64,000 nucleotides of DNA from Eledone cirrhosa (Eukaryota). Each line of letters opens with the position of its first letter. Positions within the stretch are counted from its first letter, which is position 1. The DNA is taken from assembly GCA_964016885.1 (NCBI GenBank), contig OZ024743.1, forward strand, positions 251,348,001 to 251,412,000, given 5' to 3'. A program made the translations under genes and the position numbers. This document shows, piece by piece, positions 27,837 through 40,619 of the stretch. A model generated the notes under the pieces. It was not told the DNA's origin and ran no database searches. It saw only the letters and a list, made by a program, of their open reading frames with translations.

Positions 27837-28187
27837 TTTAGACGGGGTGGTCGTCAGTCATCCAGTCTAATTGGATATGCTATACTGGCACATAGTCAAA
27901 CAAGGAAGAAGGAACATACCTCAATATTATGTTATAGAAACATTTTTTAATAGGAGCAATTACAGAATATATTCAAATACATTAGTGCTCCTAGGTTGGG
28001 ATATATTTTAGTCGTCATATAAAACCGCATGGTGTGATACCGTCCTTTGGATCACTGCGTGGAAAACACGTTTATTGCCTCCGAGTTATCATTGTTCAAC
28101 AGCTATTGTCTCAGCTACTGACGTCAGAACTAAGGGCAGTTAATCGACTGCCTTCACAGTCGATGCTAGATGGCGTGATCTTCTACA
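27837..28187 (-). repeat. 5' LTR (351 bp, TGTAG...CTAAA)
   Basis: 27837-28007 nearly identical to 23496-23667; lies between the TSD and the PBS. Confidence 0.88.
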
Positions 28188-28261
28188 AAGTGTATGTATT
28201 TGTGCTTGTAATGTGTGTGTGTGACTATGTACATATATATACACACACTTGTGTATCATTG

Positions 28262-28850
28262 TATCATCATCATTTTTATGTCCGCTTTTCCATGCTTGGA
28301 TGAGTTCTTCTCAACATAGCATTTCTTTACACATCGCGATCCTTTGTCCTTGCATCTATGAGTCTCAGTGATTTCTGGTCAGCTCTTACCTCTATCATAA
28401 CTTCCTTCCACTGGCATTTCCTTGCACTTCTTCACCCAACGATGTTTGTCCATACACATCACAACGCAGTCTTCTCTCCTGCACCCCACCTTGAATTCAC
28501 GTTAAACCCAGCTTCTCCTTCACCTTGTCCAAGCTCTGCCTTTCTCTCTTACTTACATTGGACATTTAATGGAGCATGGTTGCTTCATTTCTCTCCAGTC
28601 TATGTACATTCTCTGCAGTAACAGCCCCCGTTTCACTACCATGCAGCATCACACATCACACACAGGTGTCAGACAGTCATCCTTTTGTACCTAGGGAGAA
28701 ACCTTCTGTGGTCAACAGTGGGAGTAGCTCTCTGAACCTTTCCCATCCTGTCCTTATTCTAGCTAGTATGCTCCTAGAACACCCTACTCCATTGCTAATT
28801 ACATTGCCTAGATAGCAGAAGCTATGAACCACTTCTATGGGTCCTTCCTG
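28262..28850 (-). mobile_element. Old RTE 3' fragment
   Basis: Diverged homology to 14451-15090 (CACTACCATGCAGCATC, AGGGAGAAACC, GTCCTTATTCTAG) with (CAT)n tail. Confidence 0.8.
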
Positions 28851-29011
28851 TGACTGGAATAGGCTTACATCACTGGTTATCTTCCTCTTGGTGCCTCTGA
28901 TAATCCTCTAAAAAGTTTTCCATCCCTTCTTGTTAGCTTATTTTTTATCCCACTACATCTTTTATATATATACATATGTGTATGTGATAGTGTATGTCAG
29001 AGTGGGTGTGA

Positions 29012-29044
<33 letters not shown>

Positions 29045-29489
29045 TGTGTATCATTGTATATGTATATATGAATGTAAATGTGTGTGTTAGTGTGTATAGG
29101 TATGTAAATGTGAGTGTCAGTGCTACTTAACAGTGATAAAGACAGCAATAGTAAACATGTAAGCCCATTAAGAACCAATTGAGATAATAAATTTATCTTT
29201 TATCACAACTTTACTAATAAATATAGTTGGTGTTGTTTAGCCCTAGGTCAGTTCTACTCAGACAAGACCTATGATGAAAAGGTATTTCAACTATGAACAT
29301 CACTTTTTTTCTTTGTTTCATTTTTGTTTCCAGATATAATATATCTAGGGTCTTATTATATAATGTGTCCTTTTATTTATTTTTCCAAGATTGCATAATG
29401 TGATTGGGGGGGGGGGGGGGGGAATTTAGTTACTATATCTATCATGTGGAGCTCCCTTGTTTCTTTGTGATAACAGGTGTATTCTTTTA

Positions 29490-29800
29490 ATCATCATTAT
29501 TATCATCAGCATTTTCTATGCTAGAATGGGTTGGACAGACCTTTTCGAACATAAATTCTCTTGACTTATCCTGTTCCTTCATCTTCTCTTCTGTGAGAGT
29601 CAGTGTTTTGAGATCCACTCCAACCAGGTTTTCCATGGGCTTCCTGTACTACAGCATCCTTCCACTGGGATCTTGCTGCACTTTTTCAACAAGCAATCAC
29701 CTTCCATGTGTATCCTGTGATCGTGCCTGTGCAGTGTACTCTCTTGCACACTACTTTTGATTCCTATCATACTTAGTTTCTCTCTTAGTTCATTCAGTAT
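29490..29800 (-). mobile_element. Highly decayed RTE 3' fragment
   Basis: (CAT)n, ATGCTAGAATGGGTTGGAC tail, CCAGGTTTTCC..CCTTCCACTGG similar to the RTE C-terminal region. Confidence 0.5.
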
Positions 29801-29869
29801 TTCAACTTAAAACATCATCACAGTTTGTTTGGAAGTCACTAGTTAGTGGGATCACCAATCACTGAGTAA

Positions 29870-30035
29870 CCAATGGAGAAATAGGTGTACCATGCCATGT
29901 GATCACTTCTCCCTCTACATCTCTAATGGGGGCAATATGTCATTTGATCACAGCTCCCTCAACATATAATGGAGTCATAGGTGTGCCATGTCATGTGATC
30001 AGTGCTACCTCAACATCTAATGGGGTCATATGAGT
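29870..30035. repeat. Degenerate minisatellite
   Basis: ATG(T/C)CAT(G/T)TGATCA..CCTC(A/T)ACAT..AATGG recurs ~3 times. Confidence 0.55.
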
Positions 30036-30079
30036 GCTATCTTAAATGTGGTGCATACCTTTCTTCCAGGGATGGATGG

Positions 30080-30140
<61 letters not shown>

Positions 30141-30143
<3 letters not shown>

Positions 30144-30265
30144 CTCAAAGAATGAAAGTGATATTTGGCTTTGGTGGAATTTGAACTCAGACCATAAAGG
30201 GCCTTAACTCTATGCTGCAAAGCATACCGTCCAACCTTTTTCCTATACTGCCAATCCACCGCTCT
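30141..30265 (-). mobile_element. SINE family A, partial
   Basis: ATTTGAACTCAGACCATAAAGGG..CTCTATGCTGCAAAGCAT..ATACTGCCA. Confidence 0.7.
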
Positions 30266-31395
30266 AATAATAATAATAATATTATTATTAACAATAAGTC
30301 CAATTGTAGATTTTTTTTCTTCTTAAACCTCATGTATTTTCTTTCTTGTATTCAAATTAATTTTGAGGTCTCTGTAGAGATTTATTCCAGCTCAGGATTT
30401 ATGGTAAGAATTCCATCACTTCCAGCTGTGATGGAATCAAATGTATCATATGGAGATCAGTTAAAGAGATTTCCACTGATCATGAATTTTGTTACATTTT
30501 GGTAAATATTATTTATGTTAGAAGAGAAATAGGACACAGTGTAGTGTAATGCTTTAAAGGAATATTGCTAGCTGAAAAAATAAATAATGATAATAATTAC
30601 AATATATTTTTTATTGGCCATTGGGCCAAAACACTAAGGACAATAAAAATAAACTGGAGCAGTGGGGAATTTAAATAAATAGAGTAAACTGAAAAAATAG
30701 GTAATAAAATAAATGAAATTAATAACAGACCTGCTAAATAAAGTGGTGGAAGGACCCGTCAACTGTGTCAAAGACATAACAAGCTCCCTATTGGTGGTGT
30801 CATGATAAAATGTATACAGTAGAGTGGGGGACAGTATGGACATGAAATGTAGGCCATCCCAGTCCATCTAAGAAGTTGGTAGCCCCGCTTAAGTATGGTA
30901 AACTTGTTGAATCCTTGCTAATAGGGAATACAGATGTTAAATGGTGATAATATACATACACACACACAAACATAGACATATATATATATATATATGTAAG
31001 TGTGTGTGTGTTTGTGTAAAACATACAATTCTTCCTGTAAATAAGGTGTGTTTGTGGCACTCCCTATGCAGGTAGTTGAAAACTTAGGGGTGTCACAGAA
31101 AACAAGGTATTATGATTGTCATTAAAAAAGAGTGGTCTTATTTTGTTTTGTTCATAATAATATATTCTCCTCCTGACAAAGTTTCCATGTTACAATTTGT
31201 CTATGAGAAAGTAGATTATGTATTCTTCACGGATTAAATCAAATGTAAGTTTTGTCTAAGTGGCATGAGCTCACTAAGGAATAGTTATTCTCATTTTGAA
31301 ATGATATGTGTTCATTTTGAAATGATTTGTCTTTTGAAATATACTGCTGTTGCTACTGCTGTACTACTACTACTACTACTAATAATAATAATACT

Positions 31396-32610
31396 TTGGA
31401 CACAAGGCCAGCAGTTTCCCCAGTACATTACTGGTACTTTATTTTATCGACCCCTCGTCAGGATGAAAGGCAAAGTTAACCTCGGCGGGATTTGATCTCA
31501 GACCGCAAAGGGGCGTAACTCTATGCTGCAAAGCATGGCGTCCGACCCTCTACCGATACTGCCAATTCACTGCCCTTAATAATAATAATAATAATGATTT
31601 CTATTATAGGCATAAGGCAAGCAACTTTTTGGGAGGACAAAGTCGATTAAATCGACCCAGTGCATTACTGGTGCTTTATTTTATCGACCCATAATAATAA
31701 TAATTGTTTCTACTTTAGGCACATGGCCAGACATTTGGGAGAGGGGAAAGTTTATTTTATCAACCCCTTTATGTAAAGAAGTAGAATAAATACTGCTAAG
31801 CATTTGCCTGATGCTCTAACAACTCTGCCAGTCTACCAGCCTGATGATGTTAATAATAATAATTGTTTCTACTTTTGGCACAAGGCCAGCAATTATCCCA
31901 GTGTATTACTGGTACTTTATTTTATCGACCCCCGTAAGGATGAAAGGCAAAGTTAACCTCAGCAGGATTTGAACTCAGACCATAAAGGGCTGTAACTCTA
32001 TGCTGCAAAGCATGGCATCCGACACTCTATCGATACTGCCAATCTACCGCCCTATTGCCAATCTACAATAATGGTTTCTGATTTAGGCGCACTGTCAACC
32101 ATTTTGGGGAAAGGGAAAGTCAATCAAATCATTGCCCATGCATTACTGGTTCATTCTTTTATTGACCCCTTAAGGATAAAAGGCAAAACTAACCTCAGCA
32201 GGATTTAAACTCAGAATTAAAACTATTTAACTGTATGCTACAAAGCATGTTATCTGATACTCTATCAATACTGATAATAATTGTTTCTACTTTTTTTGTT
32301 ACTTTTTTTCTCTTTTCTTTCTCTTTTTTTTTGATAATAATGGTTTTTGATTTAGGCATAAGGCCAACAATTTTGAGGAAGGGGAAAGTTGATTAAATCG
32401 ACCGTAGTGCATTATTGCTATTTTTTTTATCAACCCTGAAGGATGAAAGGCAAAGCTAACCTCAGCTGTATTTTAACTCAGAATGTAAAGGGATGTAACT
32501 CTATGCCACAAAGCAGGGTGGTTGACGTCTACCGATACTGCCAATCCAAACACAAGGGGATGTAACTCTATGCCACAAAGCACGTTGTCTGATACTCTAT
32601 CGATGCTGAT
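31396..32610 (-). mobile_element. Cluster of ~6 head-to-tail SINE family A copies and fragments separated by (AAT)n
   Basis: Repeated GGATGAAAGGCAAA.TTAACCTC.GC.GGATTT.AACTCAGA and CTATGCTGCAAAGCATG motifs; best copies at 31396-31577 and 31860-32052. Confidence 0.82.
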
Positions 32611-33109
32611 AATAATAATAACAATAATAACAATAATCAACTAAATTAAGTTTTTTCTTTGTGTAATTTCAGATTTCCAACTTTGAAGAAAAGACTTTTG
32701 AGTTACATAAAAGTAAGTCACATGAAGAACGCTTTTAGTTGGTCTTTTTGTTTTCTTTTTGATTTTGGAAATAGTAAAAGTTTCATGAAAAAAATTAAGA
32801 ATTAGAGAAGAAAATATTTCACTTAGAGACATGTTTTTGTCTAAAATATATTTTTATATATTTTGTCTGGAAGATTTTCATATATGTGAATAACACATAC
32901 GTTTTTCACTGTCTAGAAGTAACTACTACTAATTCACCTTTTCCTCTTTCCACATCACCTACTCTCTGTTTGGTTTTATCTCCATAGGTTTAACTGACCA
33001 TCTTTGTTACACTTTGACTTAAATGTCATACATTTAATTATATACAAGTAAAACCTGTCGCTGCTGGTAAAATACACACACAAACAACCAGAAAAAATAT
33101 CTATGTGTT

Positions 33110-33496
33110 ATCATCATCATCATCTTACGTCCGCCTTATCCCTGCTTGCAAGGGTGGGACGGGAACTGATTCTGGCTTGATTTCTACAGCTGGATGCCCT
33201 TCCTAACATCAACATCATTTACAGTGAGTGCTGGGTGCTTTTTTTCCGTGGTGCCTACACGTCCACTTTACAGTGTGGGCTGGGTGCTTTTTTTGCCATG
33301 GCACCTCCACGACCACTTTGCAGTGGAATGATAGGGACCCCAGTCCCTATCATCTCATTTCTACGGCTGAGTAAACTGGAGCAATGTGAAATAAAGTGTC
33401 TTGCTCAAGGAAACAATACATCACTCGGTCTGAGAATTGAACTCACAACCTTTCGATTGCAAGGCCAATGCTCTAACCACTAAGCCATGTGCCTCC
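33110..33496 (-). mobile_element. SINE family B, full length
   Basis: Reverse complement of 1980-2369 with few differences. Confidence 0.88.
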
Positions 33497-34050
33497 ATTG
33501 TTTTATATATATATACATATAAATGTAACAGATAAATATTCACCCTTGTAAACTTCAGAGAAAACATTTCCTAATGAAAGATATTGAAATATGTCAATTT
33601 ATGATAGCATCACAATATTGTTGAATTATGCTTTAAATTATCAATCTGTCTTTCACTCTTTCTCTGTCACTGTATTTCTCTCTTAACAACAACTTGTTCT
33701 CCTCCGTTTCTTCCCTCTCTCTACATATGTTGTGACAGGGGTTACTCCCCTTTTGGTTCCTCCTCTTCTTCCCTCCTACATATATGTTGTGACGGACAGA
33801 CAGACAGAGACCAGCTTAACTTTTGTAATGTTAGGATTGTTTTCAACACACTTACGCGTATATATGTATGTGTGTATGTGCATACATTTATGCATATGTG
33901 TATATAAATATAAACATGCAAACACAGACATGCTTACAAAAATACACACTCTGATATACATTCACACAAATACACATACATTCACACAGTGTAGCAAATG
34001 GAACGCCAGCTGCTGTTTTACTATAACTTTTTCACCATTCCCTTCCTTTC

Positions 34051-34108
<58 letters not shown>

Positions 34109-34429
34109 TGTGTGACGGATGGATGAAAGTCGCTCAGATTTATATATAGATAGATGTATTTCATCCTTGACATGTAATTTCACGTCAGTTCTGTTTTGTT
34201 ATCATATCAATAGCAAAATTAAACAACGTATTCTACCTCCATGCCTAGGAAACTGAATGTTACCATGGTTTCTCTGCATGTATTTCAGCTTCTATAAACA
34301 ATAATCACAATATGTAAAGTTGAGTAGATTGACCTCAGTGCATTACTGGTGGATGTTATGTCATTAATCAGATGTAAATAAATGCTGTAGATGCAATGTA
34401 TTCTACCACAGTAACAATAGCAAGAAGAA

Positions 34430-35760
34430 GAAAAACAATGACAGCAACAATAGGCAAGAACTACAACCGAGACTGCAACAGCAGCAATCAGAACAACAAT
34501 CATGATGACAACTGCAACAATAACAAGAACAGCTTAAACAGTAAGAATTTATAAAATCAATAACAACAATAGTGAAAATATAGACAGCAACAATAACAAC
34601 AATAGTGACAACAATAACAACAACAACAGCAGCAGCAGCCACAATGACAATAAAAACCACAACAACGTCATCAGCAACATCAATATGAATGAAAACAGCA
34701 ACAACAACAACAGTAATAATGGCAACAAGAACAACAACAGTGACAGCAACAACAATAATAATGACAACTACAAGAACGAAAATAGCAGCAGTGACAACAA
34801 CAAGAACAAGAAAAAAAGGAGTATCAATAACATTAGCAACAAGAACAATGGCCGCAACAACAACAACAGCCACAGCAACAGCAGCAATGACAACAGCCAC
34901 AGCAACAGCAGCAATGACAACCACAACAGCCACAGCAACAGCAGCAATGACAACAACAACAGCAGCAGTGGCAATGACAACCACAACAGCCACAGCAACA
35001 GCAGCAATGACAACAACAACAGCCACAGCAACAGCAGCAATGACAACAACAACAGCCACAGCAACAGCAGCAATGACAACAACAGCCACAGCAACAGCAG
35101 CAATGACAACAACAACAGCCACAGCAACAGCAGCAATGACAACAACAACAGCCACAGCAACAGCAGCAATGACAACAACAACAGCCACAGCAACAGCAGC
35201 AATGACAACAACAACAGCAACAGCAGCAGTGGCAATGACAACAACAACAGCCACAGCAACAGCAGCAATGACAACAACAACATCCACAGCAACAGCAGCA
35301 ATGACAACAACAACATCCACAGCAACAGCAGCAATGACAACAACAACAGCAACAGCTGTAATGACAACAACAGCCACAGCAACAGCAGCAATGACAACAG
35401 CAGCAGCCACAGCAACAGCAGCAATGACAACATCAACAGCCACAGCAACAGCAGCAATGACAACAACAACAGCCACAGAAACAGCAGCAATAACAACAAC
35501 AACAGCCACAGCAACAGCAGCAATGACAACAACAACAGCAACAGCAGCAATGACAACAACAACAACAACAGCAACAGCAGCAATGACAACAACAACAGCC
35601 ACAGCAACAGCAGCAATGACAACAACAACAGCCACAGAAACAACAGCAATGACAACCACAACAGCCACAGAAACAGCAACAATGACAATAACAAGAGCCA
35701 CAGAAACAGCAGCAATGACAACAACGACAACAACAACAACAACAACAATACAGACAATAC
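34430..35760. repeat. CAA/CAG-derived minisatellite with 33-bp higher-order unit (core 34865-35720)
   Basis: CAGCCACAGCAACAGCAGCAATGACAACAACAA repeated >20 times with 3n-length variants. Confidence 0.93.
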
Positions 35761-36204
35761 AGACAATGCAGCAACAAGATCAACAGTGAATAAAACTTGC
35801 AAAAATCAATAATTATGACAACAATAAAAACCACTGCCACCAACAACAACTGCCACCAACAATAAAAACAGCAACAGTTAGTGTAGCTGCAGGCAGACAT
35901 ATTTCTTTAAAAACATCAAAACCAATCAAATGAAACAACATAAATAACAATATGGTTAATATTTAACAACAAAGAATTGACAAAAATATTAGATGATGAT
36001 GATGGTGATGGTGGTGGTGGTGGTGGTAGTGGTGGTGGTGGTGGTGGTGGTGGTGTCTAAAAAAATAATAAAATGAAGAAACCAAAGTAGAGCATGGGGA
36101 AAGCCGTATAAATATGTACATGCAGGCTTATAGACACATATACATACCATATACATACACACACACACATAAATGTATAAATATATATGAAGAAATGTCA
36201 GACA

Positions 36205-36437
36205 ATATATATATATATGTGTGTGTGTGTATGTATATGTATTATATATATATATATATGTATGTATGTATATATATATATATGTGTGTGTATATATATA
36301 TATGTGTGTGTGTATATATATATATATATATGTGTGTACGTATATATATATATGTGTGTGTGTATATATATATATGTCTGTGTATATATATGTGTGTGTG
36401 TATATATATACAAATTTATATGTATATATATATACAA

Positions 36438-36478
<41 letters not shown>

Positions 36479-36560
36479 AATGTATATGTATATATATATA
36501 TATATACAAATGTATATGTGTATATATATATATATATGTATATATATATGTATATGTGTG

Positions 36561-36614
<54 letters not shown>

Positions 36615-36617
36615 CAG

Positions 36618-36652
<35 letters not shown>

Positions 36653-36693
36653 CACATATATATATATACATATATATATACATATATACATAC

Positions 36694-36748
<55 letters not shown>

Positions 36749-36769
36749 AATACATATATATATAAATAC

Positions 36770-36800
<31 letters not shown>

Positions 36801-36813
36801 CACATATATATAT

Positions 36814-36895
<82 letters not shown>

Positions 36896-36915
36896 GTATA
36901 CATATATATATATAT
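36205..36915. repeat. Compound (TA)n microsatellite
   Basis: Direct. Confidence 0.95.
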
Positions 36916-37059
36916 GGTGGCTGCCAACTCGTTTCCGAGTACGGCCACTACTTTATATCCATGTAAGAGAACCCCCTACCGATGCGCTGAACGAGTGTGA
37001 CGTTTTAGTCCAGCCAGCGACTTGAAAACTTTGATACAAACACTACACTTGTGACAATT

Positions 37060-37524
37060 ATTGACACATAGTGCTGGGCCCATGGTACCATGTGACGACA
37101 AGTGCAGAGAGATCTCCAGATATAAAGCAATGCCTGTGCCATGAAGCATTTATAGTGAGCAAAGGCACTGCACAAAGCCAGTCCCACTCTCTTAACCAAG
37201 ATGATATTTACCAAAAAGGAGAACAAGTCAACATCATTGCATACCATCAGAGTTGCAGGTGTTATATCAGAGTTTTCCTTCTCCTAGAATTCTGCCTTGA
37301 CAAAGGCTAAGGGGTCATCTCTCCCGGTGATTTTGGATGGCCATTGACTCTTAAGAGCTCCTTTGCCTTTTGACAGGTTTTGTTTTTATTCCTGCAGGAT
37401 GTCCAAAGTCACCCTCCTCACCAAGAAACCTTGGTGGGGTTGCCAGTTTAGTCGCTAACGACCCGACCATGAGACAGGTTGTACTGGGATACATGTTACA
37501 AGTAGCACCAAGTGGTGACCTGAC
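37060..37524 (-). mobile_element. Probable 5' UTR region of a different RTE (BovB-like) family or derived non-autonomous element
   Basis: Minus strand AGCCTT..GGCAG..CTAGGAGAAGGAAAACTC is a motif typical of RTE/BovB 5' UTRs; GC-richer island ending at a TA tract. Confidence 0.5.
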
Positions 37525-37556
37525 TATATATGTATATATATGTATATATATATATA

Positions 37557-37608
<52 letters not shown>

Positions 37609-37677
37609 AACGACAGAATAATAAATGTAGCGAACGTTTTCCTAGAGCAAATCTGTATTTTTTGTTATTTATGTTAA

Positions 37678-37746
37678 ATACGGGAGTTTTTGTCGTATTG
37701 AACAGAACAAGATTTGTTCTGTTCAATACGACAAAAACTCCCGTAT
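37678..37746. repeat. Perfect palindrome, 33-bp arms, 3-nt loop
   Basis: ATACGGGAGTTTTTGTCGTATTGAACAGAACAA-GAT-TTGTTCTGTTCAATACGACAAAAACTCCCGTAT. Confidence 0.95.
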
Positions 37747-37858
37747 ATATATATATATACATATATATACATATATATACATATATATATACATATATAT
37801 ACATATATATATATTTATACATATATATACATATATATATATATATACATATATATAC

Positions 37859-37922
<64 letters not shown>

Positions 37923-37942
37923 GTATATATATATATATATAC

Positions 37943-37983
<41 letters not shown>

Positions 37984-38079
37984 CTGGAACGATCGACTTT
38001 CGTCAAATCGGACCGAGGGAACAATGTTTCCGTTGGTCTTTCCAATTGCTAATACTATCTATCGGTCGCAACTCCAGGT

Positions 38080-38200
38080 AGAAGGAGCAGCGTGAAATAA
38101 AGTGTCTTGCTCAAGGACATAACGCATCGCCTGGTCCAGGAATCGAACTCACAACCTTACGATTGCGAATCCAATTCTCTAACCACTCAGCCACACGCCA
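38080..38200 (-). mobile_element. SINE family B head fragment
   Basis: TGGCTGAGTGG A box, GAGTTCGATTCC B box, TTGAGCAAGACACTTTATTTCAC. Confidence 0.8.
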
Positions 38201-38229
38201 TATATATATATACGTATATATATATATAC

Positions 38230-38281
<52 letters not shown>

Positions 38282-38299
38282 GTATATATATATATATAC

Positions 38300-38338
<39 letters not shown>

Positions 38339-38355
38339 CGTATATATATATATAC

Positions 38356-38420
<65 letters not shown>

Positions 38421-38511
38421 TATACATATATATATATATATGGCCATGTATTTAGTCCAGAATTAGCCGTCGAAGCGGCTTGAGCTCAGCAGTCGGGGTC
38501 CTACTCGTTCC

Positions 38512-38637
<126 letters not shown>

Positions 38638-38807
38638 CATATGTATATATATATATACATATGTATATATATATATATACATATTTATGTATATATATAT
38701 ACATATGTATGTATATATATATATATACATGTATATATGTATATATATATATATATAGATATGTATGTATATATATATATACATATGTATATATACATAC
38801 ATATGTA

Positions 38808-40376
38808 TCATCATCATCATCATCATCAACGTTTAACGTCCGTGTTCCACGCTTGCATGGGTTTGGACGGGGGTAGTCCCACTTGAGGCAAGAGTGATTG
38901 TCTTGCTCGCATAGGACTGTCTGGCAGGTTTTCTACAGTTGGATGCCCTTCCTAACACCAACCACATTTACAGTGTGGGTCTGGGAGGTTTTTACCGTGT
39001 TGCCTACACGGCCACATTACAGCGTGGACTGTGTGTTTTTTTGTCGTGACACCTACACGATCTCATTTGTTTCGGCCTGGATGGTGTGGCACCAACATAA
39101 CTTTACATAGAACGGGGTGGTGTGGATGGGGTGGGGGTGGTTGGGGTGGGACGGGGGGGGGGGGGGGGTATTTTGTTAGAGATGCCCACTGGCTGTAGTA
39201 GGTTTTACTATGTATTTAGGTAAGGCGGGTCTTCTCTGTTACTGAGTACCGCCAAAGGTCTCGGTCCAGTGACATTGTCTTGGAGAGGTGTAAGTGTGTG
39301 AGGTCGGAGTATATCAGCTCGTCCCAGGTTTTTCTAGGTCTGCCTATTCCGTGGCTACCATCTATCTTTATTGCCCTGCACCTTGTTATACAGCTATCGA
39401 CTTTCATGCGCATCACGTGTCCATACCAGCGTAGCCTTCTCTCGAGTAAACAACATCTGATCCCTCTTATTTCTAATTTTGTCCTTAGTTCGTTTATGCT
39501 TTGCCGTTCACGTATATTACTGTTACACATCCAGCGGAGCATGTAAGCTTCGTTCCTCTCTAGTCTGCGTATATCCTCTGCACACAATGCCCAGGTCTCA
39601 CTGCCATGCAACATTGCTGTTCGTATGCAAGCATCGTACAACCTGCCTTTCATTTTTAGGGAGAACCCTTTAGCAGCTAATAGTGGTATAAGCTCTCTGA
39701 ACTTTTTCCAACCAGTTCTGACTCTAGCTACTGTACTTTCAGAGCACCCTCCCCCACTGCTGATTTTATCACCCAGGTAACGGAAACTGTCCACTATTTC
39801 TATAGAACCCTCTGCGCAATTGAAAGAGCTAGTATTTCGTGGGCACTTGCTGCTACTTATTGCACCAGAGCACCGGCCACATGTAAAATCTATGTTCTTA
39901 GTTAGCTTACCTGTGATCCCACTACATCTTTTATGCACACATACTTTGCATTTAGAACATAAAATGGAGTTTCTACCTACGCCTTTCCTACACCCCGAGC
40001 ACGACCATTTCCCAGAAGGGACCGCCGCCTTATTTTCTTTCCTACAAACTAGAACTTTTGTCTTAGCCAGGTTAATTTTAAGTCCTTTTGATTCTAGGCC
40101 GTGCTTCCATGTTTGGAATTTCTTCTCTAGCTCGGCCATTGATTCCGCTATGAGTGTCAGGTCGTCTGCGTATAGGAGTTCCCATGGGCAGCCGGTCTTG
40201 AACTCCTCTGTTATAGCCTGAAGGGCAATAATAAATAGTATGGGGCTGAGAACAGAGCCCTGATGGACGCCAACTTTTACGCTAAACTCTTCACTATATT
40301 CGTTGTTAATTCTAACCTTGCTGACTGTTTCTTTATACATGGCTTGTATAGCTCTCACAAGCCATTCGTCAACGCC
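38808..40376 (-). mobile_element. 5'-truncated RTE LINE of a second family (RTE-2) with ~400-bp 3' UTR
   Basis: RT C-terminal half followed by a UTR ending CCCATGCAAGCGTGGAACACGGACGTTAAACG(TGA)n; both ends lie in TA arrays. Confidence 0.9.
39216..40376 (-). pseudogene. RTE-2 RT C-terminal fragment (386 codons, uninterrupted) with PHD-type finger
   Basis: [46 protein letters not shown]; the upstream MYIY leader in the ORF track is microsatellite. Confidence 0.92.
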
Positions 40377-40407
<31 letters not shown>

Positions 40408-40461
40408 GTATATATAACGTATATATATATATATATATACATATGTATATATATATATATG

Positions 40462-40511
<50 letters not shown>

Positions 40512-40531
40512 CATATATATATATATATATG

Positions 40532-40582
<51 letters not shown>

Positions 40583-40583
40583 G

Positions 40584-40619
<36 letters not shown>

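Larger units (their letters stand above)
23496..28187 (-). mobile_element. Gypsy/Ty3 LTR retrotransposon, CsRn1 clade, degenerate
   Basis: gag-PR-RT-RH-IN order; 4-bp TSD AAGT (23492-23495 / 28188-28191); paired LTR sequence; tRNA-Trp-like PBS; gag C-X2-H-X9-C-X3-C motif. Confidence 0.93.

Noticed and set aside
35433-35900. Cys-rich metallothionein/keratin-associated-like ORF
   Set aside because: Reverse-frame reading of the CAA/CAG minisatellite
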